A DNA stretch of 64,000 bases from positions 58,866 to 122,865 of the forward strand of contig CAYNUH010000002.1 of the NCBI GenBank assembly GCA_964400605.1, in the 5' to 3' direction. This DNA is from an uncultured Acidobacteriota bacterium (lineage in GTDB: Bacteria; Acidobacteriota; Polarisedimenticolia; JACPZX01). A program made the position numbers and the translations under genes. Each line of letters opens with the position of its first letter. Position 1 is the stretch's first letter. Under the pieces are notes generated by a model. The model saw nothing but the letters and a program-made list of their open reading frames with translations, had not been told where the DNA came from and made no database searches. This document shows positions 1 through 9,415 of the stretch, piece after piece.

Positions 1-693
1 GGCGTCACGGCGGCGATGAAGAACCTCGTCGGGATCAACGGATCGAAGGACTGGCTGCCGCATCACTCGTCCGGATCGACGGCCGAAGGGGGCGACGAGT
101 ACCTGGCACCCTGCTTCCGGAAGCGCCTCTCCTCCGCGCTGCATGACCGGATCGAATCGGCCGGGAGCCGGATGTCCAAGCGATTGCTCAAGACGCTGGA
201 TCGGGCCGTCGGCTACACGCGGCGCCTCGTGCCGTTCCCCGATCCCTTCTCGGAGGGCTCCTGGTACGGCAACGACACCATCTGGCGGACCGTCCACGAC
301 CTGCACCGCGTCCTCTTCTTCGCCGACCGCGAGGGGATCCTGCGCGACCAACCGCAGAGGCGCTACCTGGCGGTGATCGACGGCGTCGTGGCGGGGGAAG
401 GCGAAGGTCCGATGCACCCCACGCCGAAGCGCGGCGGCGTCATCGTCGCCTCGGCGAGCCCGCTGGCGGCCGACGTCGTCTGCTGCCGGCTCATGGGATT
501 CGACGAGCGCAAGGTCCCGCTCCTGAACTACGCGGTCGGCAACGGGTTCTTCCCGCCCCTCGCGGACGTGGAGGAGCTGGATCTGCGATCCAACTCCGAG
601 AAGTGGACGCGCCTCCTCACCCTCGCCCGCGCGGAGACACTCGCGTTCGAGCCCCCCTCCGGTTGGAAGGGCCACATCGAGCTTCAGAGGTAG
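1..693 (+). CDS. DUF362-family protein; 3' part, with the 5' end beyond the window
   Basis: The frame is open from base 1 (GVTAAMKNLVGI...). The MKNL(V/F)G motif is typical of DUF362. The stop codon is at 691-693. Confidence 0.5.
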   Translation, partial: GVTAAMKNLVGINGSKDWLPHHSSGSTAEGGDEYLAPCFRKRLSSALHDRIESAGSRMSKRLLKTLDRAVGYTRRLVPFPDPFSEGSWYGNDTIWRTVHDLHRVLFFADREGILRDQPQRRYLAVIDGVVAGEGEGPMHPTPKRGGVIVASASPLAADVVCCRLMGFDERKVPLLNYAVGNGFFPPLADVEELDLRSNSEKWTRLLTLARAETLAFEPPSGWKGHIELQR

Positions 694-700
694 GCCCGCG

Positions 701-1390
701 TCAGACCCCCTCGCGAGCCTTCCGCACCATCTCGAGGATCTCGGCGCGGCCTCGCAGCCTCGCCAGCAGCAGCGCAGCCTCGTTCTCCAGGACGGGCTGG
801 AGGGTCAGATCGGGCGCCCTCTCGAAAAGCGCCTTCACGACGGCGGTGCGGCCGGCGGTCACGGCGTACGTCAGCGCGCTGGTGTGATCCAGCGTCTCGG
901 AGCGCGGGTCGGCGCCGTGATCGAGCAGGAACCGCACGAGGGCCTCGCCTTCGGGCTCGGCGTCGCCGTCGCAGTCGCATCCTCCGGCCGAAGCGTGCAT
1001 GAGGGCCGTCATCCCGTTCGGGGCCGCCTTGTTCACGTCGGCGCCATGCCCGATCAAGAGCCGCACCGCCTCGGTCCTGCCCTTGTGGATGGCGTGCATC
1101 ATCGGGGTCCAGCCGTTGATCCAGTGGTCCCGCGCATCCACATCGGCACCTCCGTCGATGAGGACCTTCATGGTCTCGAGGCTGCCGGTGCGCGCCGCCC
1201 ACATGAGAGCGGTCCAGCCATAGCGGTCGGTGGCGTCCACCGCGATGCCCCGCAGCAGCAGGGCCCGGACGTCGTCGGCGCGATCTTCAGCCGCCGCGAT
1301 CGTCAGAGGCGTGTCCGGCCTCGCCCGCTGGCAGCCTGCCAGCGTCAGCGACGCGACCAGAAGCGCGGTGATGGGGGATCGGGTTCGCAT
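701..1390 (-). CDS. ankyrin-repeat lipoprotein
   Basis: The internal Met of ORF 701..1846 gives MRTRSPITALLVASLTLAGC, which is a lipobox. Tandem ANK repeats follow (G-TALM-AA--G, DVNA). The ATG at 1388-1390 is preceded by a GGAGG ribosome-binding site. The upstream 150 aa of the tracked ORF are low-complexity read-through. Confidence 0.7.
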   Translation of the reverse strand: MRTRSPITALLVASLTLAGCQRARPDTPLTIAAAEDRADDVRALLLRGIAVDATDRYGWTALMWAARTGSLETMKVLIDGGADVDARDHWINGWTPMMHAIHKGRTEAVRLLIGHGADVNKAAPNGMTALMHASAGGCDCDGDAEPEGEALVRFLLDHGADPRSETLDHTSALTYAVTAGRTAVVKALFERAPDLTLQPVLENEAALLLARLRGRAEILEMVRKAREGV

Positions 1391-1602
1391 CTTCTCACCT
1401 CCTCGGGAGCCGTTCCTCGGCGTCGTTGCCGACCCGGCGAGGCGCTGCCGGCACGGGGATTCATGCCGACCGAGGTCTCGAAGGCCAGTTCCTGTGGGGG
1501 GAGGCAGGTCCGGCTCACGCGCGAAAGGATGCGGTGTTCCCTCGCGGAAGACATGAGCGGCGGGTGAGGAGAAGGTGAGATCTCCTTGAGCCCCAGGCTG
1601 CA

Positions 1603-3153
1603 TCATTCCTCCGGGGTCCGAGGCCGGCGCGTCAGGCCCAGGGCCAGCCCGAACCCGAAGAGGAGCCCTTCGCAGGCGCCGATAACGATGCGGGTGAGAG
1701 GTCCCAGGTCGCGCTCTCCGAGGAGACGCGCGAGCGGCGCCAGGCCCACCCGGGAGCCGGGAAAGGAGTGCGCCATGAAATCGAGGCTCGTTCCCCCGAG
1801 ATTCCGCCCCGCCCAGGCGAGCGCCACGCCCGCCGCCGCGCAGCACGCGCCGGTCACGGCGGCCGCCCGGATCCTCTCCACGCCGCGCGGAGCGGCCAAG
1901 CCGCCGCCTTCCGGCCTCGGCGTGGAAAGGGCGTATCCGATTCCCGCGGCGCCGCCGATGCCTAGGCCTTCGAGGCCGCCTCCGACGGGCGAGAGATCAT
2001 GACCGAAGATCCCCTCCAGGGCCAATCGGCCGAGAAGATGCGCGACGGCCCCGATGAGGCCGCCGCCCAGAGCGCCGCACACGACGAGAGCGGCGCCGCG
2101 GTACGATCGGACCACAGCTTCGGCCGCGGCGAGCCCCGCTCCGACTCCCGCGGCGCCCAGCCCTCCAATGACGAGGCCCACCAGAGCCATGGCCACGGGC
2201 ACGCTGAGGGGCGCGGTGCTGCCCGGCGCAATCTGGAGGAGCATCCCTCCCACCGCACCGGCGAGGAGACCGGCTGCCGCGCCGCCGCCGGAGGCGCTTC
2301 CCCACCGGCTCCCCGCGAGGCGCGCCGCGCGCCGCAGTCGCAGCGCGATCAGTGCGACGATCGCCGAGGGGGCGCCTGGGCCGCCGATCAGGGGCACCTC
2401 CCCCGCGCCGGGGACATCCCATCTCGAGTCCCTCAGGATCGCCCGCGCCATCTCGTGGCCGGGGCGACGCTCGAGACGGCGCAGGGCTTCGGCGGTCCCC
2501 AGCAGGTGGAGCGTCTCGGCCGCCTCGCGACGCGCGGCATCCCGATCCTCGAAGGACACGCCCTCCGGCGACAGGAGTTTCTCCAGGGCGGCTTCGAGGG
2601 GATCGGCCCCGGCTCGAGAACCTGAGACGACCGCGGCCGATCCTCCGGAGCGCTGGGAGGCGCGTCCCGCCTCCATCCCGGATCCGGCGCTCACCAGATC
2701 AGCGCCGCCAGCCGGCCCGGCCCCCGCCTTCCCCGGATCGGGGGCCTGCGGCGCGGAAACAGACTCGGAGTCCTCGGCCTCCTCGACGACCTCGGGATGG
2801 ACGAACCGGTACCCGTGTCGCGAGACGGTGCGGATGAACGCCGGCTCGCGCGGGTCGTCCCCCAGCGCTCGCCTCAGCGTTCGCACCGCCTGGCTGAGGG
2901 CGCCGTCCGAAACCACCACGTCGTTCCAGACCGCATCGAGGATGTCGCGGCGGTGCACGGCCTCGTGGCGTCGCTCGAGAAGGAGGACCAGGAGATCGAA
3001 GTAGCGCGGGATGAGGGGTATTTCTCTTCCTTCCCGCAGGAGCGTCCGGCGGGCGGGAGAGACGGCAAAGCCGGCGAAGAGGAAGCGGCGCCGGGGCTTC
3101 GGTGGGGCGGCCATCGGTTCAGTCGTCGTCCGCGGCGGCTCCGCCGGCCGCAC
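1603..3153 (-). CDS. membrane-associated winged-helix (OmpR/CadC-type trans_reg_C) transcriptional regulator with a Gly/Ala-rich multi-TM C-terminal region
   Basis: N-terminal REIPL-PRYFDLLVLLLE...HGYRF matches the OmpR/PhoB C-terminal DNA-binding fold. The C-terminal half consists of glycine-rich hydrophobic segments. The start may be the later Met near 3114. Confidence 0.5.
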   Translation of the reverse strand: MRPAEPPRTTTEPMAAPPKPRRRFLFAGFAVSPARRTLLREGREIPLIPRYFDLLVLLLERRHEAVHRRDILDAVWNDVVVSDGALSQAVRTLRRALGDDPREPAFIRTVSRHGYRFVHPEVVEEAEDSESVSAPQAPDPGKAGAGPAGGADLVSAGSGMEAGRASQRSGGSAAVVSGSRAGADPLEAALEKLLSPEGVSFEDRDAARREAAETLHLLGTAEALRRLERRPGHEMARAILRDSRWDVPGAGEVPLIGGPGAPSAIVALIALRLRRAARLAGSRWGSASGGGAAAGLLAGAVGGMLLQIAPGSTAPLSVPVAMALVGLVIGGLGAAGVGAGLAAAEAVVRSYRGAALVVCGALGGGLIGAVAHLLGRLALEGIFGHDLSPVGGGLEGLGIGGAAGIGYALSTPRPEGGGLAAPRGVERIRAAAVTGACCAAAGVALAWAGRNLGGTSLDFMAHSFPGSRVGLAPLARLLGERDLGPLTRIVIGACEGLLFGFGLALGLTRRPRTPEE

Positions 3154-3589
3154 CCGGAACCGCCGCCCTGCCGACGCCGTGCTGGTACACCAGCTCGCCT
3201 CCGTAGTAGGCCGTGCGCACGAGAAGGGCGGCCCCGACGGCCCAGATCACCACGAAGATCCAGCCCATCGCGGGGGTGAATTTTTTCAGCCCCGTGAGCG
3301 CGGCCCGCACGGCCGTGATCCCCGCGAAGAACCACATCGTGAAGTTCCCCGACTCCTCGTGCGTCTCGATCGCCGCCTCGATCGCGGGTGTTTTGACGAT
3401 GGATTCCTCCTCGGCCTTGCCCGTCTGCCTCGCGGCCACGGCGCCGAGGCTCCCCAGGATGAGCAGGAGGAGAGCCGCCCGGGCGAGCCAGTCACGCTTC
3501 AGGAGGAGGCCGGCGAGATCGACGGCGAAGCCCACGAGGAGCAGGGCGATGGGGAAGTGGACCACGATCGGATGGTAGGGAAGGTTCAT
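3119..3589 (-). CDS. small integral membrane protein (DUF2231-like)
   Basis: 156 aa with 4 predicted TM helices (HFPIALLLVGF...). It overlaps the start of the regulator. Confidence 0.45.
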   Translation of the reverse strand: MNLPYHPIVVHFPIALLLVGFAVDLAGLLLKRDWLARAALLLLILGSLGAVAARQTGKAEEESIVKTPAIEAAIETHEESGNFTMWFFAGITAVRAALTGLKKFTPAMGWIFVVIWAVGAALLVRTAYYGGELVYQHGVGRAAVPGAAGGAAADDD

Positions 3590-3632
3590 GAGGGTTCTCC
3601 TGCCGGCGGCGAAAGGGTATCATGCGGCCTCG

Positions 3633-4757
3633 ATGATTCAGGGACAGGCCACGCCGGAGGGGACGGCGCGATACCGGGAGCGGTTCGCGGCGAAGGTAGC
3701 CGCCGATCACTTCAGCCATGCGCGGGGGCTCTGGCTCTCCTCCGTGGGGCTCGGCACCTACCTCGGCGAGCCCGTCGCCGAGGACGACCGGGCCTACGAG
3801 GAGGCGGCGCGGGACGCCCTCCTGAGCGGCTGCAACGTCCTCGATACGGCGATCAACTACCGCTTCCAGCGGAGCGAGCGCTCCCTGGCGAGGGCCCTGT
3901 CGGCGCTGGTGAAGGAAGGCCGGCTCGCCCGCGACGAGTTCGTCGTGGCCACCAAGGGCGGCTTCATCCCCTTCGACGGCGAATACCCTCGGGATCCGCG
4001 CGCCTGGCTGGAGGCGACGTTTTTCAAGCCGGGCCTGGCCTCTCCCGGCGACATCGTCGCCGACTGCCACTGCATGGCGCCGGGCTACATCGATCACCAG
4101 TTCGAGAGCAGCCGGGCGAACCTCGGTCTGAGCACTCTCGACATCTACTACGTGCACAATCCGGAGACGCAGCTCCAGGCCGTGGAGAGGGACGAGTTCC
4201 TCTCGCGCCTGAGGGCGACCTTCGAGGTTCTCGAGAGGAAAGTGTCCGAGGGGAAGCTCCTCATGTACGGCACGGCGACGTGGGACGGATACCGCAAGGG
4301 CCCCGGCGAGCCGGGTCACCTGTCGCTGGCCGAGGTGCTTCAGGCCGCGGAGGATGCGGCACTCGCCACGGGTTCGAAGGAACACCACTTCGGGGCGGTG
4401 CAGCTTCCTCTCAACCTCGCGATGCCGGAGGCGCTGATCCGCCTCACCCAGATGGCGGCCGGCGAGCCGGCGCCGGCGCTGGCGGCGGCGGCGCGGGCGG
4501 GGCTCATCGTGATGGCCTCTGCCTCGATCCTCCAGGGGCATCTCATGATGAGGATGCCGGCCCAGCTCGCGGAGCGGATCCCGGGGGGCCGGAGCAACGC
4601 CCAGAAGGCGATCCAGTGGGTTCGATCCGCCCCGGGAATGACGACGGCGCTCGTCGGGATGAGGAGCCGCCGCCACGTGGAGGAGAACCTGGGGCTCGCC
4701 GCCACGCCGAGGATGACTCCGGCCGACTTCCGCGCCTTCCTGGCCCCGCGGCCCTGA
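3633..4757 (+). CDS. aldo/keto reductase family oxidoreductase
   Basis: LDTAxxY, GxxxxxVxATK and other AKR-like blocks are present. Start taken at MIQGQ, because the 3588 ATG would overlap the divergent gene start. Confidence 0.65.
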   Translation: MIQGQATPEGTARYRERFAAKVAADHFSHARGLWLSSVGLGTYLGEPVAEDDRAYEEAARDALLSGCNVLDTAINYRFQRSERSLARALSALVKEGRLARDEFVVATKGGFIPFDGEYPRDPRAWLEATFFKPGLASPGDIVADCHCMAPGYIDHQFESSRANLGLSTLDIYYVHNPETQLQAVERDEFLSRLRATFEVLERKVSEGKLLMYGTATWDGYRKGPGEPGHLSLAEVLQAAEDAALATGSKEHHFGAVQLPLNLAMPEALIRLTQMAAGEPAPALAAAARAGLIVMASASILQGHLMMRMPAQLAERIPGGRSNAQKAIQWVRSAPGMTTALVGMRSRRHVEENLGLAATPRMTPADFRAFLAPRP

Positions 4758-4874
4758 CGGAGGCCGTTCCAGCGGGGGCATTGAAACCGGCCGGCGCGGC
4801 GGTCATAATGACTGTTTGTCCGCGGGCCTTCGTGCACGTCCCGTGGCCTGTCCACCGGGAAGACGATCCATCCG

Positions 4875-5756
4875 ATGATCAGGAGCATGACCGGTTTCGG
4901 CCGCGGGGAGCGCAGGGTCGGCTCCCTGACGGTCGGCGTGGAGATCCGCAGCGTCAACCACAGGCACGCGGAGCTTCGCGTGAAGCTGCCGGCGGCCCTG
5001 GCCGCCATGGAAGATCCTCTCCGCAGGCGGCTCGCCTCCGCCGTCACGCGCGGCCGGGTGGACGCCACGGTCAGCATCTCCGGCCTCGAGGAGCCGGTCC
5101 CGGTCGAGATCAACCACGCGCTCGTGGCGGCCTATCTCAGGGCCGCCGGCGAGGTGGCCTCGAGGCATTCCCTGGGAGGGACGGTCTCGCTGGAGTCGGT
5201 GCTGTCGCTCCCGGGCGTGGTGAGCCTGCGCGCGGCCGACGGTTCGATAGCGCCCGATCAGGAGCAGGCGGTGGCGGCGGCGTTCGGCGCTGCGGTCGAG
5301 GATCTCCAGCGGGCGCGGACGTCGGAGGGGAAGCATCTGGCCGCGGAGGTCGAGAGGCGCCTCAGGGGCATCGAGAAGCACCGCCTCCTCATCGAAAGGC
5401 GTGCGAAGGGGGCGGCCGGCAGGTACGCGAAGCGGCTGGCGGCCCGCGTGGCCGAGCTGATGGCGGATCGGAGCGTGGATCCGGCGCGGCTCGCGCAGGA
5501 GGTGGCCCTGCTCGCCAGCCGGAGCGACATCACGGAGGAGATCGTGCGGCTGCAGGGGCACGTGAAGCAGGCCCTGGGCGCGATGAAGTCGTCGAAGGAG
5601 CCCGTGGGCAGGAAGCTCGACTTCCTGCTCCAGGAGATGCACCGGGAGGCCAACACCGTCAACGCGAAGTCCGAGGATATCGAGATCAGCCGTGACGCCC
5701 TGGCCATCAAGGCCGAAGTCGAGAAGGTGCGCGAGCAGGTCCAGAACATCGAATAG
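4875..5756 (+). CDS. yicC: YicC/YloC family stress-induced protein (endoribonuclease)
   Basis: N-terminal MTGFGRGE and C-terminal DIxEEIxRLxxH motifs are present. The synteny yicC-gmk-rpoZ is conserved. Confidence 0.8.
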   Translation: MIRSMTGFGRGERRVGSLTVGVEIRSVNHRHAELRVKLPAALAAMEDPLRRRLASAVTRGRVDATVSISGLEEPVPVEINHALVAAYLRAAGEVASRHSLGGTVSLESVLSLPGVVSLRAADGSIAPDQEQAVAAAFGAAVEDLQRARTSEGKHLAAEVERRLRGIEKHRLLIERRAKGAAGRYAKRLAARVAELMADRSVDPARLAQEVALLASRSDITEEIVRLQGHVKQALGAMKSSKEPVGRKLDFLLQEMHREANTVNAKSEDIEISRDALAIKAEVEKVREQVQNIE

Positions 5757-5765
5757 GAAGCATGC

Positions 5766-6401
5766 GTGTCCAGAGGCGATATCTTCGTCGTGTCGGCGCC
5801 GTCGGGATCGGGGAAGACCACGCTCATCCGGCGGCTGCTGTCCGAGATCCAGGGCATGCGCTTCTCGGTGTCGCACACCACGAGGCGGCCGAGGCCCGGC
5901 GAGGCGGAGGGCGTGGACTACCATTTCGTGGATCGGGCGCGGTTCGACGCCATGGTGACCCGCGGGGAGTTCCTCGAGTGGGCCGAGGTCCACGCGCGAC
6001 GCTACGGCACGTCCATCCGGGAGGTGGAGGAGCCCCTGGGGCGAGGCGAGGACGTGCTGCTGGACGTGGATACGCAGGGAGCGGCGAGCATCCGCAGGCT
6101 GCGGTCGGAGGCGGTTCTGATCTTGGTCCTGCCTCCCGGCGTGCAGGCGCTTCGGGAGCGCCTGGCCGGCCGCGCCGTCGACGACCCCGACGAGATGAAG
6201 AAGAGGCTGGAGGCGGCGGTCCGCGAGGTGGCCGCCTGGCAGATGTACGACTACTGTGTTGTCAACGACTCGCTGGAGAAGGCGCTCCGCGACCTGCAGG
6301 CGATCATCAGGGCCCGCAGGCTGAGGCGCGATCGCGCGACCGATCAGGTCCGTCAGATCGTCGCGGCCTTCGGCACCCCGAGACCGGCGCCGTCTCCGTG
6401 A
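5766..6401 (+). CDS. gmk: guanylate kinase
   Basis: P-loop SAPSGSGKTT, and RxxRxGExxGxDYxF. Confidence 0.9.
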   Translation: MSRGDIFVVSAPSGSGKTTLIRRLLSEIQGMRFSVSHTTRRPRPGEAEGVDYHFVDRARFDAMVTRGEFLEWAEVHARRYGTSIREVEEPLGRGEDVLLDVDTQGAASIRRLRSEAVLILVLPPGVQALRERLAGRAVDDPDEMKKRLEAAVREVAAWQMYDYCVVNDSLEKALRDLQAIIRARRLRRDRATDQVRQIVAAFGTPRPAPSP

Positions 6402-6425
6402 GAAAATCCCGCACGAGGAGGCAGG

Positions 6426-6680
6426 ATGAGAATGATCCAGTACCCTGACGACCTTGAGAGCAAGTTCAGGTTCGCCACCGTCGCGTCGCTTCGGTGCCAG
6501 CAGCTCCAGAAGGGGGCGCGGCAGCGGGTGACCTCACGCTCCCGCAAGTACACGACCGTGGCGCAGGAAGAGGTCCTGGCCGGCCACGTCAGGGCGATGA
6601 CGTCCGAGGAGATCGCCGCCGAGGCCGAATCCGCGAGGGAGCCCGAACCCGTGCCCGAGCCGGCGGGGGCTACCGAGTGA
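6426..6680 (+). CDS. rpoZ: DNA-directed RNA polymerase subunit omega
   Basis: 84 aa with RFxxVxxAxxRxRQL. It lies immediately downstream of gmk. Confidence 0.85.
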   Translation: MRMIQYPDDLESKFRFATVASLRCQQLQKGARQRVTSRSRKYTTVAQEEVLAGHVRAMTSEEIAAEAESAREPEPVPEPAGATE

Positions 6681-7855
6681 CGGTTGTCCTCGGCGTGACC
6701 GGCGGCATCGCCGCCTACAAGGCCTGCGAGATCGTGCGCGGCCTGAGGCGGCGGGGCTGCTCCGTGAGCGTCGTCCTGACGCGCGCGGGCGCCGAGTTCA
6801 TCACCCCCGTGACGCTTCAGGCGCTCTCGGGGCGGAAGGTGATCACGTCGCTCTTCGATCTCGGCGAGACGGACGTCGCCCACATCGCGCTGGCCCGGGA
6901 GTGCCGTCTTCTGCTGGTGGCCCCAGCAACGGCGAACCTCCTGGCCAGGCTCGCGGCGGGGATCGCCGACGACTTCCTGACCACCTTCGCGCTCGCCGTC
7001 CGCTGCCCCGTCCTCATCGCCCCGGCCATGAACCCGAGGATGTGGGACCACGTGACGGTGCGGGAGAACGTCCGGAGGCTGCAGGAGCGCGGGTGCGAGT
7101 TCATCGGTCCCGACGAAGGGGAGATGGCCGAATCCGACTACGGCGTGGGGCGCCTGGCGGCGCCCGAGGCCGTCGTGGACCGGGCGCTGCAGCTCTTGGG
7201 CGCGCGGCGCACCCTCACGGGCCACAGGGTGCTCGTGACCGCGGGCCCGACGTGGGAGGCCATCGACGCGGTGCGGTTCGTGACCAGCCCCTCCTCGGGG
7301 AAGATGGGCTTCGCCGTGGCGGAGGCGGCGGTGCGGCGCGGCGCCGACGTCGTCCTGGTGTCCGGCCCCACGTCCCTTCCCGATCCGGAAGGCGTGATGG
7401 TGGTCCGCGTGACCACGGCCGAGGAAATGCGCGCCGCGGTCCTCCAGGCCCTGCCCGACTCGACGATCGTGGTGAAGGCGGCCGCGGTGTCCGACTTCGC
7501 GCCGGCGGCGCCCGCGGCGGTGAAGGTCAAGAAGGCCGATGCGTCACGCACGGTCGAGTTCGTCCCGACCCCGGACATACTCAAGGAGATCGCCGCCCGC
7601 AAGGGAGGCAGGCTCCTGGTGGGCTTCGCCGCGGAGACCGACGATCTCGTGGACAACGCCCGCAGGAAGCTGATGGAGAAGGGCCTGGACCTCATCGTCG
7701 CCAACGACGTCAGCGGCGGCGCGGTCTTCGGCGCCGACGAGAGCGACGTGGTGATCCTTGACCGCGCCGGGCGCGAGGAGCGCCTCTCGCGGATGCCCAA
7801 GTCCGCGATCGCCGATCGCCTGCTCGATCTCATCGAGGAGCGCCTCGCCGCGTGA
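6677..7855 (+). CDS. coaBC: bifunctional phosphopantothenoylcysteine decarboxylase / phosphopantothenate-cysteine ligase
   Basis: The GTG start overlaps the rpoZ TGA in a GTGA arrangement. The N-terminal flavoprotein domain carries [10 protein letters not shown] and the CoaB ligase domain follows. Confidence 0.85.
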   Translation: MTVVLGVTGGIAAYKACEIVRGLRRRGCSVSVVLTRAGAEFITPVTLQALSGRKVITSLFDLGETDVAHIALARECRLLLVAPATANLLARLAAGIADDFLTTFALAVRCPVLIAPAMNPRMWDHVTVRENVRRLQERGCEFIGPDEGEMAESDYGVGRLAAPEAVVDRALQLLGARRTLTGHRVLVTAGPTWEAIDAVRFVTSPSSGKMGFAVAEAAVRRGADVVLVSGPTSLPDPEGVMVVRVTTAEEMRAAVLQALPDSTIVVKAAAVSDFAPAAPAAVKVKKADASRTVEFVPTPDILKEIAARKGGRLLVGFAAETDDLVDNARRKLMEKGLDLIVANDVSGGAVFGADESDVVILDRAGREERLSRMPKSAIADRLLDLIEERLAA

Positions 7856-8676
7856 GCCTCCCGGGCGGCGGCGATGGCGCCCGCGACCCCCGCGCCGATC
7901 TGATCGAGCACCTCCGGTTCCTGCGCGAGCTGGGTGTGCGCGAGATCCGCGTCCGCCCCGGCGGCGCGCCGCCGCCCGCCGCTCAGGCGCCGGATAGCCC
8001 CGGCGCCGCCGCGAGTGCTCCCGGGCCTGGGACGCCGCCGGCGCTCTCGGGCGCCGTTCGCAGCCCCGCGCCTTCGGCCGCCCGAGCCCGGGGCGCGAGC
8101 GCTCGGGCCCTCGCGGTTCTGCGGGAGGAGGAGATTGGAGACTGCCGCCGGTGCCGCCTCTGCGAGAAGCGCACCCACATCGTCTTCGGCGCCGGCGATC
8201 CGGAATCAAGGCTGATGTTCGTGGGCGAGGGCCCGGGGCACGACGAAGATGTGCAGGGCCTGCCCTTCGTCGGCCGCGCGGGGCAGCTCCTCACCGACAT
8301 CATCCGGGCCATGAAGCTGACGCGCGAACAGGTCTACATCGCCAACGTCGTGAAGTGCCGCCCGCCCGAGAACCGCGCCCCCGAGCCGGACGAGATCGCC
8401 GCGTGCCGTGGGTTCCTCGACAGGCAGATCGAGATCATCGCGCCGGACGTGATCGTCACGCTCGGGGCGGTGGCGGCGCAGGCCCTGCTGGGCGCCGCGG
8501 GCGGCATTTCGAAGATCCGGGGCCAGATCCGCGAGTACCGCGGCATCCCCGTGATGCCCACGTTCCACCCCGCCTACCTCCTACGCAGCCCTGACAAGAA
8601 GAAGGATGTCTGGCAGGACATGCAGAAGGTCATCTCGCTTCTGGCCCGCCGGGGCGAGGCGATCGGATCCGGTTGA
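7852..8676 (+). CDS. uracil-DNA glycosylase, family 4 (Fe-S type)
   Basis: CRRCRLC, GEGPG, HPAYLLR and GRAGQLL motifs are present. An extended Pro/Ala-rich N-terminal linker is present. Confidence 0.8.
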   Translation: MSLPGGGDGARDPRADLIEHLRFLRELGVREIRVRPGGAPPPAAQAPDSPGAAASAPGPGTPPALSGAVRSPAPSAARARGASARALAVLREEEIGDCRRCRLCEKRTHIVFGAGDPESRLMFVGEGPGHDEDVQGLPFVGRAGQLLTDIIRAMKLTREQVYIANVVKCRPPENRAPEPDEIAACRGFLDRQIEIIAPDVIVTLGAVAAQALLGAAGGISKIRGQIREYRGIPVMPTFHPAYLLRSPDKKKDVWQDMQKVISLLARRGEAIGSG

Positions 8677-9415
8677 CCCGGTGCAAGATCCCTTCGAGGA
8701 TCCGGAATTCCCTGCGGGTGAGGAGCGCCCGGTTGAAAATCCTCCTCAGTTCCCGCACCATGTGTGCCCGCCCGGTTCCCTCGAAGAAGTCGATGCCGTC
8801 GAGGGTGGCGGTCAGGCGCGCGTAGAAGCCCTCCACGTCCTCCTGCGTGGGAGGCGCCTCGTCGGCCCGAGCCGCCCCCGCGCTCGCTCCGGCACCGGCC
8901 GGTGAGAGGGCCGCGAGCCGGATCTCGTAGAGGAAGATGAGCGCCGCCTGGGCGAGGTTGAGGGAGGCGTAGGCGCTCGAGGAGGCGACGGCGCCGAGAA
9001 CCTGGCAACGCGCCATCGCCTCGCGCGTGAGACCGATGTCCTCCTGGCCGAACAGGAGCGCCACGGAGCCGAGCCGGGCCGCCTGCAGCAGCCGCGGCGC
9101 CAGGTCGCGCGGCGTGAGGACCGCGTGGCCGTCGGGCGGATCGGAAGCGGTGCCCGCCACCAGCACCGTATCGGCCAGGGCCGACTCGATGTTGGGGTGC
9201 TCCTCCCGCGCGGCGAGGACATCCGCCGCGCCCCAGGCCATCCGCTCCGATTCGATCCCGAAGTGGAGCGGGTCCTCGTAACGCATCGGATCGGCGATTC
9301 GCAGCCGGCCGAAGCCCATGTTCTTCATCGCGCGCGCGACGGAGCCTACGTTCCCGGGGCTCTTGGGGCGCCAGAGGACGACCGTGAAGCGCGAGAGTAT
9401 CCCGGGATCGGCCAC
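8630..9415 (-). CDS. SpoU/TrmH-family RNA 2'-O-methyltransferase (TrmJ-like)
   Basis: N-terminal VVLxxPxxPGNVGSVARAMKNMG and SPOUT-class motifs. Confidence 0.7.
   Translation of the reverse strand: MADPGILSRFTVVLWRPKSPGNVGSVARAMKNMGFGRLRIADPMRYEDPLHFGIESERMAWGAADVLAAREEHPNIESALADTVLVAGTASDPPDGHAVLTPRDLAPRLLQAARLGSVALLFGQEDIGLTREAMARCQVLGAVASSSAYASLNLAQAALIFLYEIRLAALSPAGAGASAGAARADEAPPTQEDVEGFYARLTATLDGIDFFEGTGRAHMVRELRRIFNRALLTRREFRILEGILHRVNRIRSPRPGGPEAR

Noticed and set aside
3011-5695. 894-aa ORF on + strand
   Set aside because: Arg/Gly/Pro-rich low-complexity translation that overlaps real genes (AKR, yicC) in other frames. This is a typical spurious long ORF in 70% GC DNA.
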